The notes below the pieces were generated by a model that did not search any database, was not told the origin of the DNA, and worked only from the letters and a program-made list of their open reading frames with translations. A stretch of DNA of 64,000 nucleotides from a virus (Duplodnaviria; Heunggongvirae; Uroviricota; Caudoviricetes): IMG/VR virus record IMGVR_UViG_3300021387_000463, positions 171,001-235,000 of that record. The stretch is one strand, 5' to 3'. Numbering within the stretch: position 1 is the first letter of the stretch; each line of letters begins with the position of its first letter. Position numbers and translations under genes: made by a program. Below, one piece after another: positions 1 through 9,644 of the stretch.

Positions 1-269
1 TTATATGTTCTCCAAAGGTAGATATTGATACGGAAAACCTAACGGAATTTGCTTACATACCACATAGAGAAAAATATACTAATTTCGATTGTCATTTTAT
101 TGTATGCTTTGATGGAGGGATTGATGCTGGTGGCAATGACTGTAGAAGTGGGTTTTTCGAAAGTTGTAAAGTTATACCTTTAAACGACAAAGACCTTGAG
201 GAAATTAAAGAAGCAGTTACCAAATTAGGTGTGAAATATAACAGAAAATTAAATAAAGTGATATTATGA
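1..269 (+). CDS. Partial hypothetical protein (3' end) with shared C-terminal ..GxxYNxxLNK motif
   Basis: Frame from position 3 is open to TGA 267-269 and overlaps the next ATG (ATGA); ends PLNDKDLEEIKEAVTKLGVKYNRKLNKVIL. Confidence 0.75.
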   Translation, partial: ICSPKVDIDTENLTEFAYIPHREKYTNFDCHFIVCFDGGIDAGGNDCRSGFFESCKVIPLNDKDLEEIKEAVTKLGVKYNRKLNKVIL

Positions 270-778
270 GAGTTACAGATAAACACATTTTCTTTTGGGG
301 TGAATTCCCTTCAAATTGGTATAAGTGTCACTTCAAAGTAAAGCATGAGGGTAAGGAATATGATTTCTTTAACTCTGAACAGTATTTCATGTGGATGAAA
401 GCCATTACATTTGGTGACGAAACAACTGCATTGAGAATTTTGATGGAGGGTAAGAATCCTAAGATGGCAAAGACCCTTGGTAGATTGGTTAAGAACTATG
501 ACGATAAGAAGTGGAACGAGGTTCGCTATAAAATCATGGTTGATGCCAACTACTACAAGTATTCTCAGAGCGAGGAACTGAAGGAGTTGCTCTTGAATCC
601 AGAGTTTGATGGTAAGCACTTTTGTGAAGCTAGTCCCAAGGACCGTATATGGGGTGTCGGATTAAGTGAAAATGACCCATTGATTGACGATGAAAAGAAT
701 TGGTTAGGTACGAATTTGCTTGGAAAAGCATTAGACGAGGTAAGAGAAATGATTTTGAATGAGAACAATAAAAGTTGA
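266..778 (+). CDS. NADAR (DUF1768/YbiA-like) family protein
   Basis: Motifs SNWY, EQYFM..KA..FGD, AKTLGR.V.N.D...W, EASPKDRIWG.G. Confidence 0.92.
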   Translation: MRVTDKHIFFWGEFPSNWYKCHFKVKHEGKEYDFFNSEQYFMWMKAITFGDETTALRILMEGKNPKMAKTLGRLVKNYDDKKWNEVRYKIMVDANYYKYSQSEELKELLLNPEFDGKHFCEASPKDRIWGVGLSENDPLIDDEKNWLGTNLLGKALDEVREMILNENNKS

Positions 779-1091
779 TATTAGTACGAGTACAAGAGGT
801 GTAATCGTGCTTGCAAAAGGAATAAATGGTTATAGTGATTGGTTAGTGATGGTCACAAGGGTAGATGATATAGGCTCAGGAGTTTTAAAAATCTATGGAC
901 ATATCTTCTACAACATTTCTGAGAATCTATGGTATTTTTCTGAAGGTGACGAAAACTATGCTTGGGGGAGCACAAACCATTGGGAATTCTTTGAGCCAAC
1001 TAAGGAACAAAAACAACTACTTGTAGATGAACTTAGAAAAAGAGGGTACAAATATATTTCGGTGCTTAATAGAATAATACGCAAAAGATAA
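759..1091 (+). CDS. Hypothetical protein, paralog of 1599-1943
   Basis: Shares NGYSDWLV and C-terminal PT.EQKQ.L..EL.K.GYKYI.VLN. Confidence 0.8.
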   Translation: MRTIKVDISTSTRGVIVLAKGINGYSDWLVMVTRVDDIGSGVLKIYGHIFYNISENLWYFSEGDENYAWGSTNHWEFFEPTKEQKQLLVDELRKRGYKYISVLNRIIRKR

Positions 1092-1621
1092 TGTACAAGA
1101 GAGGACTTTATGAGAGTATAGGTTCATATAAGTATCAATTGGCAATATGTCGTTACTCATATGAGTGTTTCCAATCCATGAAGTATTACGTTGTTATACG
1201 TTATTGCGATATTTTTGAAAATGATAGGCTTGTTGGATATGGGGATGGATATTTCATCAAATATGAAAACCATTACGATTTCTTGTCAATTGATGAATTT
1301 ACCCAATATTTCACCATAGTGGATAACTGTGAGGAAAATAAAAGGATAAGCAGTCTTCTTAAATGGCTCAGAGAGGAAAGGAAAATCAAGATAACAATAA
1401 TTCCAGACATTCTAGATGATGGATATTGGTTCAATTATTATTTCTTTACCGCCTATCCATTCTACACCAAGAACATTGAGGAAAAGGGATTTGAGAACTT
1501 TGAAACGGCAGCAAAGAAAGCTATCGAACTAGCAAAGAAAGCTTGTGTTCAAGTTCATGGTAAAAGTGGTGGAGAATGGCTAAAATACGTATTACTGAAT
1601 GAAAGAGATTATTATATATGA
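1091..1621 (+). CDS. Hypothetical protein
   Basis: Intact ORF coupled to neighbours. Confidence 0.7.
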   Translation: MYKRGLYESIGSYKYQLAICRYSYECFQSMKYYVVIRYCDIFENDRLVGYGDGYFIKYENHYDFLSIDEFTQYFTIVDNCEENKRISSLLKWLREERKIKITIIPDILDDGYWFNYYFFTAYPFYTKNIEEKGFENFETAAKKAIELAKKACVQVHGKSGGEWLKYVLLNERDYYI

Positions 1622-1943
1622 GAATATGAAGCCATGTATTGTATATGCCAAAGCAAAATCAATAGTAAATGGCTATTCTGATTGGTTAGTTTTTATATCT
1701 AAGGTTGAAAAAGAAGATTATCGTTCTTATCTTCATATAAAACATTTCATTTGTATGACGTTAGGTAAGGATAAACACGAAGTTTATTTTCATGAGAATG
1801 GAGAAAGAGGATGGGGACATGCAAATTTAAATTGGAATTTCTATATTCCATCTGAAAAACAAAAACAAACACTAATTAAGGAATTAGCTAAAAAGGGATA
1901 TAAATATATATGTGTTTTAAATAAGTTGGTTAAAAAAACTTAA
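1599..1943 (+). CDS. Hypothetical protein, paralog of 759-1091
   Basis: Same N- and C-terminal motifs as 759-1091. Confidence 0.8.
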   Translation: MKEIIIYENMKPCIVYAKAKSIVNGYSDWLVFISKVEKEDYRSYLHIKHFICMTLGKDKHEVYFHENGERGWGHANLNWNFYIPSEKQKQTLIKELAKKGYKYICVLNKLVKKT

Positions 1944-2002
1944 TTAATTTTGTAACCTCAGTTTTTTTTAGTATCTTTGCATCGTAAGTAAAGAGTAATA
2001 TT

Positions 2003-2434
2003 ATGCGTACATTAGAAGAAAAAAAGATATTAGTCAATGCCATTTGTGAGTATGCACCATATAACCCACTTATTGCAAATGAGGATATTGACAGTGGTTT
2101 CCCAACAAGAATTCATCCTGGACATTTAGGCTTGTCTAGGTTCATTGAGGGATATGGGTTGGATAGCGAGATTTATGGAGAGTATAAAGCTGATAAAACT
2201 GTCATTTATCTCCGTCCAATGGACTCAATTACTGACAAGGAAAAGGAATTCATTTGCAATAAGTGTTGTATTCAAACTGTTAATCTTATTGGCGGTAATG
2301 CTGGTTCAATGATGCCTCTGTTGGCAGTAGAATGGCTTATTGACTGGTATCGAGAGAATCTCATTGACTATCGTGGTCTTATTAAGAAGGGTATTGCGAA
2401 GCCAATTGGAACTGAGAAAAAATTCGAGGGATAA
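2003..2434 (+). CDS. Hypothetical protein, paralog of 21306-21728
   Basis: YLRPM.S.T..EK and DYRGLI..G.A motifs; own promoter. Confidence 0.8.
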   Translation: MRTLEEKKILVNAICEYAPYNPLIANEDIDSGFPTRIHPGHLGLSRFIEGYGLDSEIYGEYKADKTVIYLRPMDSITDKEKEFICNKCCIQTVNLIGGNAGSMMPLLAVEWLIDWYRENLIDYRGLIKKGIAKPIGTEKKFEG

Positions 2435-2435
2435 T

Positions 2436-2651
2436 ATGGATAAGAAAAGAATAGAGGGTCTTAGAGGTGATATAAACACCTTGCTTGGTGATGCAGTAGC
2501 ATTGCTTAAGGATATGGAGACCAAGGCTTATGAGGAGCGTGAGATTGACCTCATGAAACCAATCTCCAAGGTGAGAAACATCATTCAAGACTACAAGGTT
2601 AAGATAGTTAAGGAACTTGACAAACTCTCAAAGATGAAATCGACTTGGTAA
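2436..2651 (+). CDS. Hypothetical helical protein
   Basis: ATG 2436 just after the upstream stop; start trimmed from the ORF track. Confidence 0.7.
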   Translation: MDKKRIEGLRGDINTLLGDAVALLKDMETKAYEEREIDLMKPISKVRNIIQDYKVKIVKELDKLSKMKSTW

Positions 2652-2652
2652 T

Positions 2653-3102
2653 ATGAAGTATCGCATTGTTCAAACTGGGGAAGGATTTATTATTCAGCAC
2701 AAGTGCTTGGGTTTGTTTTGGAAGAACCATAGGACTCCTAGCTATATGCAGTACAGCGTTACTCAAAGGGCTATCTACAATGGCAATGAAACAATTAAGT
2801 ATGATTCGATTGAACGTGCTACCAAGGCTTTGCAACTTATAAAGAGTTCTCCAATAAAGTATAAGGGACACAAGATTGAATGTTCATTCCAGTTAGGATA
2901 TGTGCCTTTCTATGTTGATATGAATTCATATTGTGGACACGATGACATTATTGACAGACCATGTTTTTGTAGGTATTCAACTGACCTAGACCTTGTTAAA
3001 AAGGCTATTGATGACTACATAACAACTCAGAAGAGACTCAAAGAAGAGAAACTTAAGGAAAAGCAAGATAAGAAGATAATAAATGTCTGGTATGAAGATT
3101 AA
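2653..3102 (+). CDS. Hypothetical protein
   Basis: Intact coupled ORF. Confidence 0.7.
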   Translation: MKYRIVQTGEGFIIQHKCLGLFWKNHRTPSYMQYSVTQRAIYNGNETIKYDSIERATKALQLIKSSPIKYKGHKIECSFQLGYVPFYVDMNSYCGHDDIIDRPCFCRYSTDLDLVKKAIDDYITTQKRLKEEKLKEKQDKKIINVWYED

Positions 3103-3208
3103 GAAACGTTATGTCTTTGCCGTTGTCTTTGGATGCTTGCTGATGTGCAAGAGATTCAGACAAGGCTTGAGAGAAGACTTGCAAGAGATTTTCGGAGAAG
3201 AGAAGTAA
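3092..3208 (+). CDS. Small hypothetical peptide (38 aa)
   Basis: MKIKKRYVFAVVFGCLLMCKRF...; fills the gap between neighbours. Confidence 0.5.
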   Translation: MKIKKRYVFAVVFGCLLMCKRFRQGLREDLQEIFGEEK

Positions 3209-3245
3209 AATAGCAGAATATTATAACCCTTAAAAATTAAATGGG

Positions 3246-3689
3246 ATGAAAAAGATTATTTTTTTACTGCTTGCTGTTATCAGTTTTGTATCATGCGAGT
3301 GTCCTTATGCTGATTGGGACGATAACGGTTTTCGTGAGAATGGTGGCAAACAAGCCAAGCTCACGTATGTTGGGGATTACTTCTGTGCCGACAAGCTGTT
3401 AGGTACATGGCAGATGGACTACGGATGCATTGTTGGTAATGTTGAGTTGAAGCAAATCAAGTTCTTCGATGGATGGTATTGCGATATTACAATGGCTCAA
3501 GTGAGAAATACTGATTGGTTCACTGAGACATGGACATATACCTATTATGGGAATACCATTAAGTTTGCTAGAAATGATGGAAGAACAACTTTCTCGTTTA
3601 TCCTGAAAGGGTACACATTCCCAGAACTTTATTTACAAGATTCATTTGGTAAATATACATGGAGAAAAGTTAGGGCTTATGGATGTTGA
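3246..3689 (+). CDS. Putative lipoprotein, lipocalin-like beta-barrel
   Basis: Signal MKKIIFLLLAVISFVSC with lipobox Cys; LLGTW motif. Confidence 0.65.
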   Translation: MKKIIFLLLAVISFVSCECPYADWDDNGFRENGGKQAKLTYVGDYFCADKLLGTWQMDYGCIVGNVELKQIKFFDGWYCDITMAQVRNTDWFTETWTYTYYGNTIKFARNDGRTTFSFILKGYTFPELYLQDSFGKYTWRKVRAYGC

Positions 3690-4047
3690 ATACATATCTG
3701 ATGGATACAAAATAATTGTTCGTTTCTTCAAAGAGATTGGACTTTATCGAGAATTTAAAGAGTATTGCCATTGGTGCAACAAGTGCAAAATGGACACATA
3801 TAACTTTAAAACCTACAAACAGGCCCCACTTTCAAATTTTGGTAGCACTAAAATAACACGTTGGCTTAAAAATGAAAGAAATATTGAACTAAAAGATAAA
3901 AACTTAAACCTTTATGAGTATTTTAAAGCTTGGATATTTACGTTTTATCCAAATTATTATGATGTTAATGTCCAGCCATATAAAAATGCACTAAAAACGA
4001 TAAACAAAGAAAAAAGAACAATAAAAATAGAATTTATAAAAAAGTAA
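3679..4047 (+). CDS. Hypothetical protein, F.K..xLY..F family
   Basis: RFFKEIGLYREF; paralog of 4581-4922. Confidence 0.7.
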   Translation: MDVEYISDGYKIIVRFFKEIGLYREFKEYCHWCNKCKMDTYNFKTYKQAPLSNFGSTKITRWLKNERNIELKDKNLNLYEYFKAWIFTFYPNYYDVNVQPYKNALKTINKEKRTIKIEFIKK

Positions 4048-4051
4048 AAAA

Positions 4052-4597
4052 ATGAATAGTGGAGTAAAAACAATTGTAGTTATTGCAGTGATTATCATCG
4101 TGGCATTGGGTGTAATCACAACAGTGGGTAGTTATTTCAACTACAACAACCAAGAGGTTGCTCTTCGTGAGCAAGCTGAAGCACAGCGTGGTAAGGTAGA
4201 GGGTGTCCATGATGCAATGTGGAAGATTATCTCTCAGAAAGCGCAAGTCTCTCAAGATTATCGCACATCATTCGATTCAATCTACACCCACATCATCGGT
4301 GGACGTTACTCACAAGGTGATGGCACTCTCATGAAGTGGATTAAGGAGGCTAACCCTAACTTTGATACAAGTCTCTATAAGGACTTGATGGATGCTATCG
4401 AGGTACAGCGTACACTCTTCAAGAAAGAGCAAGAGCGAATGCTCGACATCAAGAGACAGCATAGTACTCTGTGTAAGACATATCCAGGACGTTGGTTCAT
4501 AACCAATCAGTCTGAGATTGAATACACGATTGTATCGTCAAGTCAGAGTAAGCAAGCAATGGAAACTGGAGTAGACGATAATGTCAAACTTTACTGA
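4052..4597 (+). CDS. N-terminally anchored conserved phage protein (LemA-like, tentative)
   Basis: One N-terminal TM helix, then a helical domain (LMKWIKE.NPNFD.SLYK.LM..IE). Confidence 0.55.
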   Translation: MNSGVKTIVVIAVIIIVALGVITTVGSYFNYNNQEVALREQAEAQRGKVEGVHDAMWKIISQKAQVSQDYRTSFDSIYTHIIGGRYSQGDGTLMKWIKEANPNFDTSLYKDLMDAIEVQRTLFKKEQERMLDIKRQHSTLCKTYPGRWFITNQSEIEYTIVSSSQSKQAMETGVDDNVKLY

Positions 4598-4922
4598 TAA
4601 GAAGAAAGACGCATTTCGTATAGCCTCACGTTTCATCAAAGAACTAGGACTATACGATATTTGGCTTAAATATTTGTACGACCCTAATACTAGTAAGAGT
4701 TGGCTCGATAAACCAGATAGTAAGTTTTTCGATTCAGATATTTTAGGTTGTACAAGATTTACTGAATATGTGTATAGATATAAACCAAAGTTCGATACTA
4801 AGGGGCATTTCATGTATGAACTTTTGGAATTTTATCTTGCAGCGTTAAAAGACCCAAAAGGAACTTGTTATCCACTAATAATTGATAACGAAAAGAAAAA
4901 GATAGTATTACGCACACATTAA
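4581..4922 (+). CDS. Hypothetical protein, F.K..xLY family
   Basis: RFIKELGLYDIW; paralog of 3679-4047. Confidence 0.7.
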   Translation: MSNFTDKKKDAFRIASRFIKELGLYDIWLKYLYDPNTSKSWLDKPDSKFFDSDILGCTRFTEYVYRYKPKFDTKGHFMYELLEFYLAALKDPKGTCYPLIIDNEKKKIVLRTH

Positions 4923-4934
4923 TAACCATTACAT

Positions 4935-6260
4935 ATGGAAATAATTGTTTATTCATTACCTTTTATCATATCAGTATTTCTTCTTGTTTTCTTTAAGAAG
5001 TATATTGTATGGTGGGAATATATTTGTTTGGTAGGCGTATCAATCCTATTTACATTCTTGCTTAAGTCAGCATTCATTGCTTCACTTGAGTATGATACTG
5101 AATATCTTGGGGGATACATTACCAAGATTACCCATTACGATGAATGGGATGAATGGATACATAAGACGTGTACTAGGCGAGTACCTTGTGGGCGAGATAG
5201 TAAAGGAAATACTATATATCGAACAGAAACATATGACTGCTCATATAGGGAATATCATCCTGAGTGTTGGAAATATACTGACAATTACAACAGAGAAGAG
5301 TATTTCTACAATAAATCATATTTCGATGCTGCAATGAAAGAATTAGGGTATCCTAAAATGGTATTCAGAGACATGCATCGACACTACTATAGAATCGATG
5401 GTGATGCTCAAGATTACTATTATGATGGCACTCCGCAGCATTTGAGGGCATTGGTTTGGGAGAACTCTTATCAGAATAAGATTCTTGCGTCTCACTCTAT
5501 CTTCAAATTCGAGGATATTGATGATGACGATGCAGACTCGCTAGGGTTGTTCAGATACCCTGACGTTAATGATAATGACCAAGATGTGATTCTTGGTTTC
5601 AGAGCTGGAAAAGAGGTACATAAGCAGTTTAAATATATAAACTCTATCTACGGTGCTAGAAAACAGTTTAGAATATATGTGCTTGTGTTTAGAGATAAGC
5701 CATTGGAAATATCTGAAAAACAGAAATCCTATTGGCAAGGTGGTAATAAAAACGAATTTGTTCTTTGTCTTGGCTACAATACCAAGAAGGGTACTATAGA
5801 TTGGTGTAATCCATTCTCGTGGTGTGATAAGCCAGAGTTGGAGGTAGCTACCAAGAGATATTTCAGAGAACATTCAAGAATGGATTTGAGTAAATATCCA
5901 GAATGGCTTCAAAAGAATATCAATCTATGGCAGCGCAAGCAGTTTAGTGATTTCGACTACATCAAGAATGAAATGACAAAGGGACAGAGCATTGCACTCT
6001 TAATTATCATACTCATACTTGACATTTTCGCATCTATATTCCTTATTGGTAACGAGGTAACAAATGAAGGTGTATATGACAACTCGTTTATATATGATTT
6101 CAAGCAATATCAATTTAAGGTTGTTGAGAATACAACCTCATTCTTTAGTGAGTTATGGGAGTTGATATGTGATAGCGTAACTGTTTGGTGGAAATACAGT
6201 CTGATGCCCACTCTAACTAAGATAGAGGATAGTTATAAAAACATTCATACTTGGAAATGA
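4935..6260 (+). CDS. Membrane protein with large extracytoplasmic domain
   Basis: Two N-terminal TM helices and one near residue 355; 441 aa. Confidence 0.75.
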   Translation: MEIIVYSLPFIISVFLLVFFKKYIVWWEYICLVGVSILFTFLLKSAFIASLEYDTEYLGGYITKITHYDEWDEWIHKTCTRRVPCGRDSKGNTIYRTETYDCSYREYHPECWKYTDNYNREEYFYNKSYFDAAMKELGYPKMVFRDMHRHYYRIDGDAQDYYYDGTPQHLRALVWENSYQNKILASHSIFKFEDIDDDDADSLGLFRYPDVNDNDQDVILGFRAGKEVHKQFKYINSIYGARKQFRIYVLVFRDKPLEISEKQKSYWQGGNKNEFVLCLGYNTKKGTIDWCNPFSWCDKPELEVATKRYFREHSRMDLSKYPEWLQKNINLWQRKQFSDFDYIKNEMTKGQSIALLIIILILDIFASIFLIGNEVTNEGVYDNSFIYDFKQYQFKVVENTTSFFSELWELICDSVTVWWKYSLMPTLTKIEDSYKNIHTWK

Positions 6261-6862
6261 AATACTACAGATACCTTAGAGAAATAGAAGAAGTTCAAGA
6301 TAATACTAATATAAATTATTTTATCACATATACATTTGGCGGTAGAACGAATAGATTAAATAATCTTGGTACATATGGAAACAATGATATGTGGCATAAT
6401 ACTGGTGACGTAATCTATTCTCTTGAACCACAATACAAGAAATATAATTTCCATGTTAGCTGGATTTATCAATCTGCTGATGATGGAAAGACCATCATGG
6501 ATGACACCAATAATCTCCATGATTTAGAGCCAATTAGGGACTATTTCTTTGAGGTTAACACTGACCTCGATGCTGCAACTGAGGAACTAATCAAGCTAAA
6601 GAGAGAGAAAGGTGCTAATATTACGATAAAGCCACTTATGATGGATATGAGAAGTTATAAGATTATCTATCATATTGAGTGTAATGTTATGACTAAAAAC
6701 GGTAAGTGCTTCTCTAGTACTTGGGATGAAGACACCGATGTATACAACTCAATTGTTAATTGTTTCAAGAAACTTAGAAAAGGTACTTCTAGTGGCTATC
6801 ACTATAAAATAAAAGAGGTTTTAGAAAAACAGAAAGATGAAAGAATACGGAAGCATACCTAG
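6257..6862 (+). CDS. Hypothetical protein
   Basis: ATG overlaps the upstream stop. Confidence 0.7.
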   Translation: MKYYRYLREIEEVQDNTNINYFITYTFGGRTNRLNNLGTYGNNDMWHNTGDVIYSLEPQYKKYNFHVSWIYQSADDGKTIMDDTNNLHDLEPIRDYFFEVNTDLDAATEELIKLKREKGANITIKPLMMDMRSYKIIYHIECNVMTKNGKCFSSTWDEDTDVYNSIVNCFKKLRKGTSSGYHYKIKEVLEKQKDERIRKHT

Positions 6863-7523
6863 GTTTTTCGATGATGGTACACTTCGTGGTGAGCAAGTCG
6901 TTGCTTTCAATAAGCTAGATGGGCAGAACTTTAGAGTTAAATATACTCCAAAGGGAGCAACAAAAAAGCAATTCACCATGTTTGGTTCACGTCATCAATA
7001 TGTGGATGAAAATACTGAGGGCTTTGGTGATGCAGTTAGATACTTCAAAGAACATTATGAAGATGTATTGAGGGAGATAATTGTGAACAATAGCGGTAAG
7101 AAAGGTATTTTCAATGGTGTTGAGGAAATTACATTGTTCTTTGAATGGTATGGAGATAATTCCTTTGCTGGATTCCATCAAGAGGGAGATACTCTTCGTC
7201 TCGCATTGATTGATGTGTTTCTTAAGAAGAAGGGATATATTGAGCCAAATACGTTTGTTGACCTTTTCTGTAAGGATGATAGGGTGTTGACTCCAGAGGT
7301 GATATATATCGGCAAACTCGATATGGACTTTGTTAACTCTATCGTGAAGAACGATTGGACTAAGGAGGGATGCCAATATCCAAACATCAAAGAAGGAGTG
7401 GTTATTAAGCGTTCTACGCTCATGAAAGGGCAGAGGCTACCAATGTGTAAGGTAAAGACAATTTGGTGGCTTGAGCAACTTCATAATCGTTTTCCAAAGG
7501 AAATGTGGAAGGAACTTGAATAA
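6837..7523 (+). CDS. ATP-dependent RNA ligase-like nucleotidyltransferase
   Basis: Motif I KLDGQN, III FFEWYG, IIIa LIDV, IV EGVVIK, V KVK. Confidence 0.8.
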   Translation: MKEYGSIPRFFDDGTLRGEQVVAFNKLDGQNFRVKYTPKGATKKQFTMFGSRHQYVDENTEGFGDAVRYFKEHYEDVLREIIVNNSGKKGIFNGVEEITLFFEWYGDNSFAGFHQEGDTLRLALIDVFLKKKGYIEPNTFVDLFCKDDRVLTPEVIYIGKLDMDFVNSIVKNDWTKEGCQYPNIKEGVVIKRSTLMKGQRLPMCKVKTIWWLEQLHNRFPKEMWKELE

Positions 7524-7915
7524 TGGAGATAATAGAAAAAAGTGCAGGATATAAGGCTACCAAAATTGCCTTAATGGAAGGTAAAACAGAACTTGGTTTC
7601 CTAATATATGGAGAAAAGAATCCACCTTACGAGGATTATGTAGAGGTTCTTTATCTTCGTGTTAACCCTAGTTACCGTAGGAGGGGATATGGAAGAATCT
7701 TGATGGATAAATTCTTCAGCAATATTTCTTCTTATGTTGGTGATGTGATGTTATATGCAACTGCAAACTATGATGTTGGTAGTTTGTGTCATGTTGATAA
7801 AGTATTACAGATACCGCAAGATAAATTGGAGGAATTCTATAGGAAATATGGATTTAAGAAAGTTGACCTTTGGAAAAACGAGATTTCTCCGAGAATGAGA
7901 ATGACCAAAAGTTAA
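7523..7915 (+). CDS. GNAT family acetyltransferase
   Basis: Acetyl-CoA motif LRVNPSYRRRGYGRILM. Confidence 0.85.
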   Translation: MEIIEKSAGYKATKIALMEGKTELGFLIYGEKNPPYEDYVEVLYLRVNPSYRRRGYGRILMDKFFSNISSYVGDVMLYATANYDVGSLCHVDKVLQIPQDKLEEFYRKYGFKKVDLWKNEISPRMRMTKS

Positions 7916-7965
7916 GATTAGTTAAAAAACTTGTTTTTCTCGTTTTTTATGTATATCTTTGCAAC

Positions 7966-8067
7966 ATGAAAAACGTAAAGGATTTCAAGATTGCATTAAA
8001 CAAGGAATTGAAGAATGTATTGTTTGTTATGGCAATAGCCATTACGATACTTATTTTTCTGATATAA
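7966..8067 (+). CDS. Small membrane peptide (33 aa)
   Basis: ATG directly after promoter 7954; hydrophobic C-terminus. Confidence 0.5.
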   Translation: MKNVKDFKIALNKELKNVLFVMAIAITILIFLI

Positions 8068-8096
8068 AAATAACAATTTTAAATATTTATAAAGAC

Positions 8097-8783
8097 ATGG
8101 CAAATTTAAAAGAAAGACTGTTAGGTCTCATCGACAATGGCACATCTGCTGCATTGAGTCTTGTTGACAAGATGAATGAGACCATCAATTCTATCGACTG
8201 GGATGAGCAGTTCGAGTCTCTTAACACAGTGAAGGACTCTTTACTTCAGAAGGGTAATGAGCTGCTTGGTGAGTTTAACGAGCTGATGAAGCAAGTTAAG
8301 AACAATATCTCTGATTTCGAGGTAACAGTACCTTTTGACGAGTCTCTTGGTGAGAAGTTTGAGTCAAGAATTGAGGACGGTAAACTTATCGTTGAGGTTA
8401 CATTCAAGGACGAGCACACCGAGCGTTCTAACAAGACCGCAGTTACAATTCCTCAGAACTGTGACGTTGAGAAGAAGACCGAGAAGTATAACGCAGTCAC
8501 CAAGACAATGACTGTGATTATTCCGAAGGTCATCAACGAGCCAAAAGAAGAGCCAAAAGAAGAGGCAAAGACCGAGAAGAAAAAGAGCACTCGCTATAAG
8601 GTTTCTCGTGTAGTTACTACAAAGAAAGAAGCAAAGGAGGATACAACCTCTCATGCTCAGGAGGCAGCTAGCAAACTGTTGAAGAAGTTCCGTGAGAACA
8701 GTGCCAAGGCTGCTACCAAGGTTGTACAGCAGTCTCGTGCAGCTAACGGACGATTCGTTAAGAGAACTCCAAGCGAGAACTAA
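8097..8783 (+). CDS. Hsp20/alpha-crystallin-like protein with helical N-terminus and Lys-rich tail
   Basis: Central beta-sandwich pattern ending YNAVTKTMTVIIPK; start trimmed to ATG 8097. Confidence 0.55.
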   Translation: MANLKERLLGLIDNGTSAALSLVDKMNETINSIDWDEQFESLNTVKDSLLQKGNELLGEFNELMKQVKNNISDFEVTVPFDESLGEKFESRIEDGKLIVEVTFKDEHTERSNKTAVTIPQNCDVEKKTEKYNAVTKTMTVIIPKVINEPKEEPKEEAKTEKKKSTRYKVSRVVTTKKEAKEDTTSHAQEAASKLLKKFRENSAKAATKVVQQSRAANGRFVKRTPSEN

Positions 8784-8825
8784 AAGATAACATTGTTATT
8801 TTGTTCATATTGATTGGTAAACATT

Positions 8826-8857
8826 GCCTACTGCCGTTTGTGAAAATAGTGGTAGGC
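8826..8857 (+). terminator. Hairpin with GTGA loop (terminator or processing stem)
   Basis: gcctactgc...gtggtaggc between the Hsp20-like gene and the tRNA. Confidence 0.55.
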
Positions 8858-8868
8858 TTCATTTATAT

Positions 8869-8960
8869 CTCCACGTGGGTGAACTGGTTTAGCCACTAGT
8901 CTGCAAAACTAGCTGAACGGTATCCAATCCGTCATGTCGGTTCGAGTCCGACCGTGGAGT
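8869..8960 (+). tRNA. tRNA-Cys(GCA) with atypical long variable arm
   Basis: Acceptor CTCCACG/CGTGGAG, U73, anticodon stem CTAGT/ACTAG with loop CTGCAAA, T arm GTCGG-TTCGAGT-CCGAC, 23-nt variable arm; CCA not encoded. Confidence 0.85.
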
Positions 8961-8979
8961 CAGGAAAATGTAGAATGTT

Positions 8980-9294
8980 ATGTTTGAAATTATAGACAAG
9001 AACGAATTAACGAAGGGAGAAGTCACTTATCTTGTCATAAAGTTCTTGAGAAGGAAATGTTTGCTTGAAGAGTTTTGTGAAGAATATAGCGACTACCATA
9101 AGCGTTATAGGCGTGATTTAAAAACAACCATTAGAGAAGCTGTTAGAGATTGTTGGTCAATAGCTGATTTCTTTAAGAGTACTGAGTCTTCATTTGTCTG
9201 GAATAAAACAAGAAGAGGCTATTGTTTTTGGTATGAGCTATCAAAAGAATGGAAAGAGTATACAAATGGTAAACATTTTAAAGGTGGTTTATGA
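8980..9294 (+). CDS. Hypothetical protein, FxW..TxxG..YW family
   Basis: KFLRRKCL..F ... FVWNKTRRGYCFWYELSKEW. Confidence 0.8.
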   Translation: MFEIIDKNELTKGEVTYLVIKFLRRKCLLEEFCEEYSDYHKRYRRDLKTTIREAVRDCWSIADFFKSTESSFVWNKTRRGYCFWYELSKEWKEYTNGKHFKGGL

Positions 9295-9644
9295 TTGATA
9301 TTGAAAGAATATTATCCAATGAATTTGGTAAGGATATGATAGTAACCGAAGAACAACTAGCATATCTTTTCACCAAGTTTCTTTTGGCAACTGGAGCTTA
9401 TAGGGATTTCGTTAAAGAATACGTTAAATACCATAAGTCAAATTTAAAACCCAAAGATGTTATTATAGACTCAATCAGGAACCTAAAGTTAGATGGAAGA
9501 ACAATTAATGATATGGTTACAGCATATTGTTCTGCGTTTGACTGGTGGGGTACAGAAAAAGGAAGTCAATATTGGAGCGCTCTAAGTGAACAATGGTATG
9601 GCATGACTAAAAGGCGTTTTTTAGGATATTTTATGGTAAAATGA
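9291..9644 (+). CDS. Hypothetical protein, FxW..TxxG..YW family
   Basis: FDWWGTEKGSQYWSALSEQW. Confidence 0.8.
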   Translation: MIDIERILSNEFGKDMIVTEEQLAYLFTKFLLATGAYRDFVKEYVKYHKSNLKPKDVIIDSIRNLKLDGRTINDMVTAYCSAFDWWGTEKGSQYWSALSEQWYGMTKRRFLGYFMVK

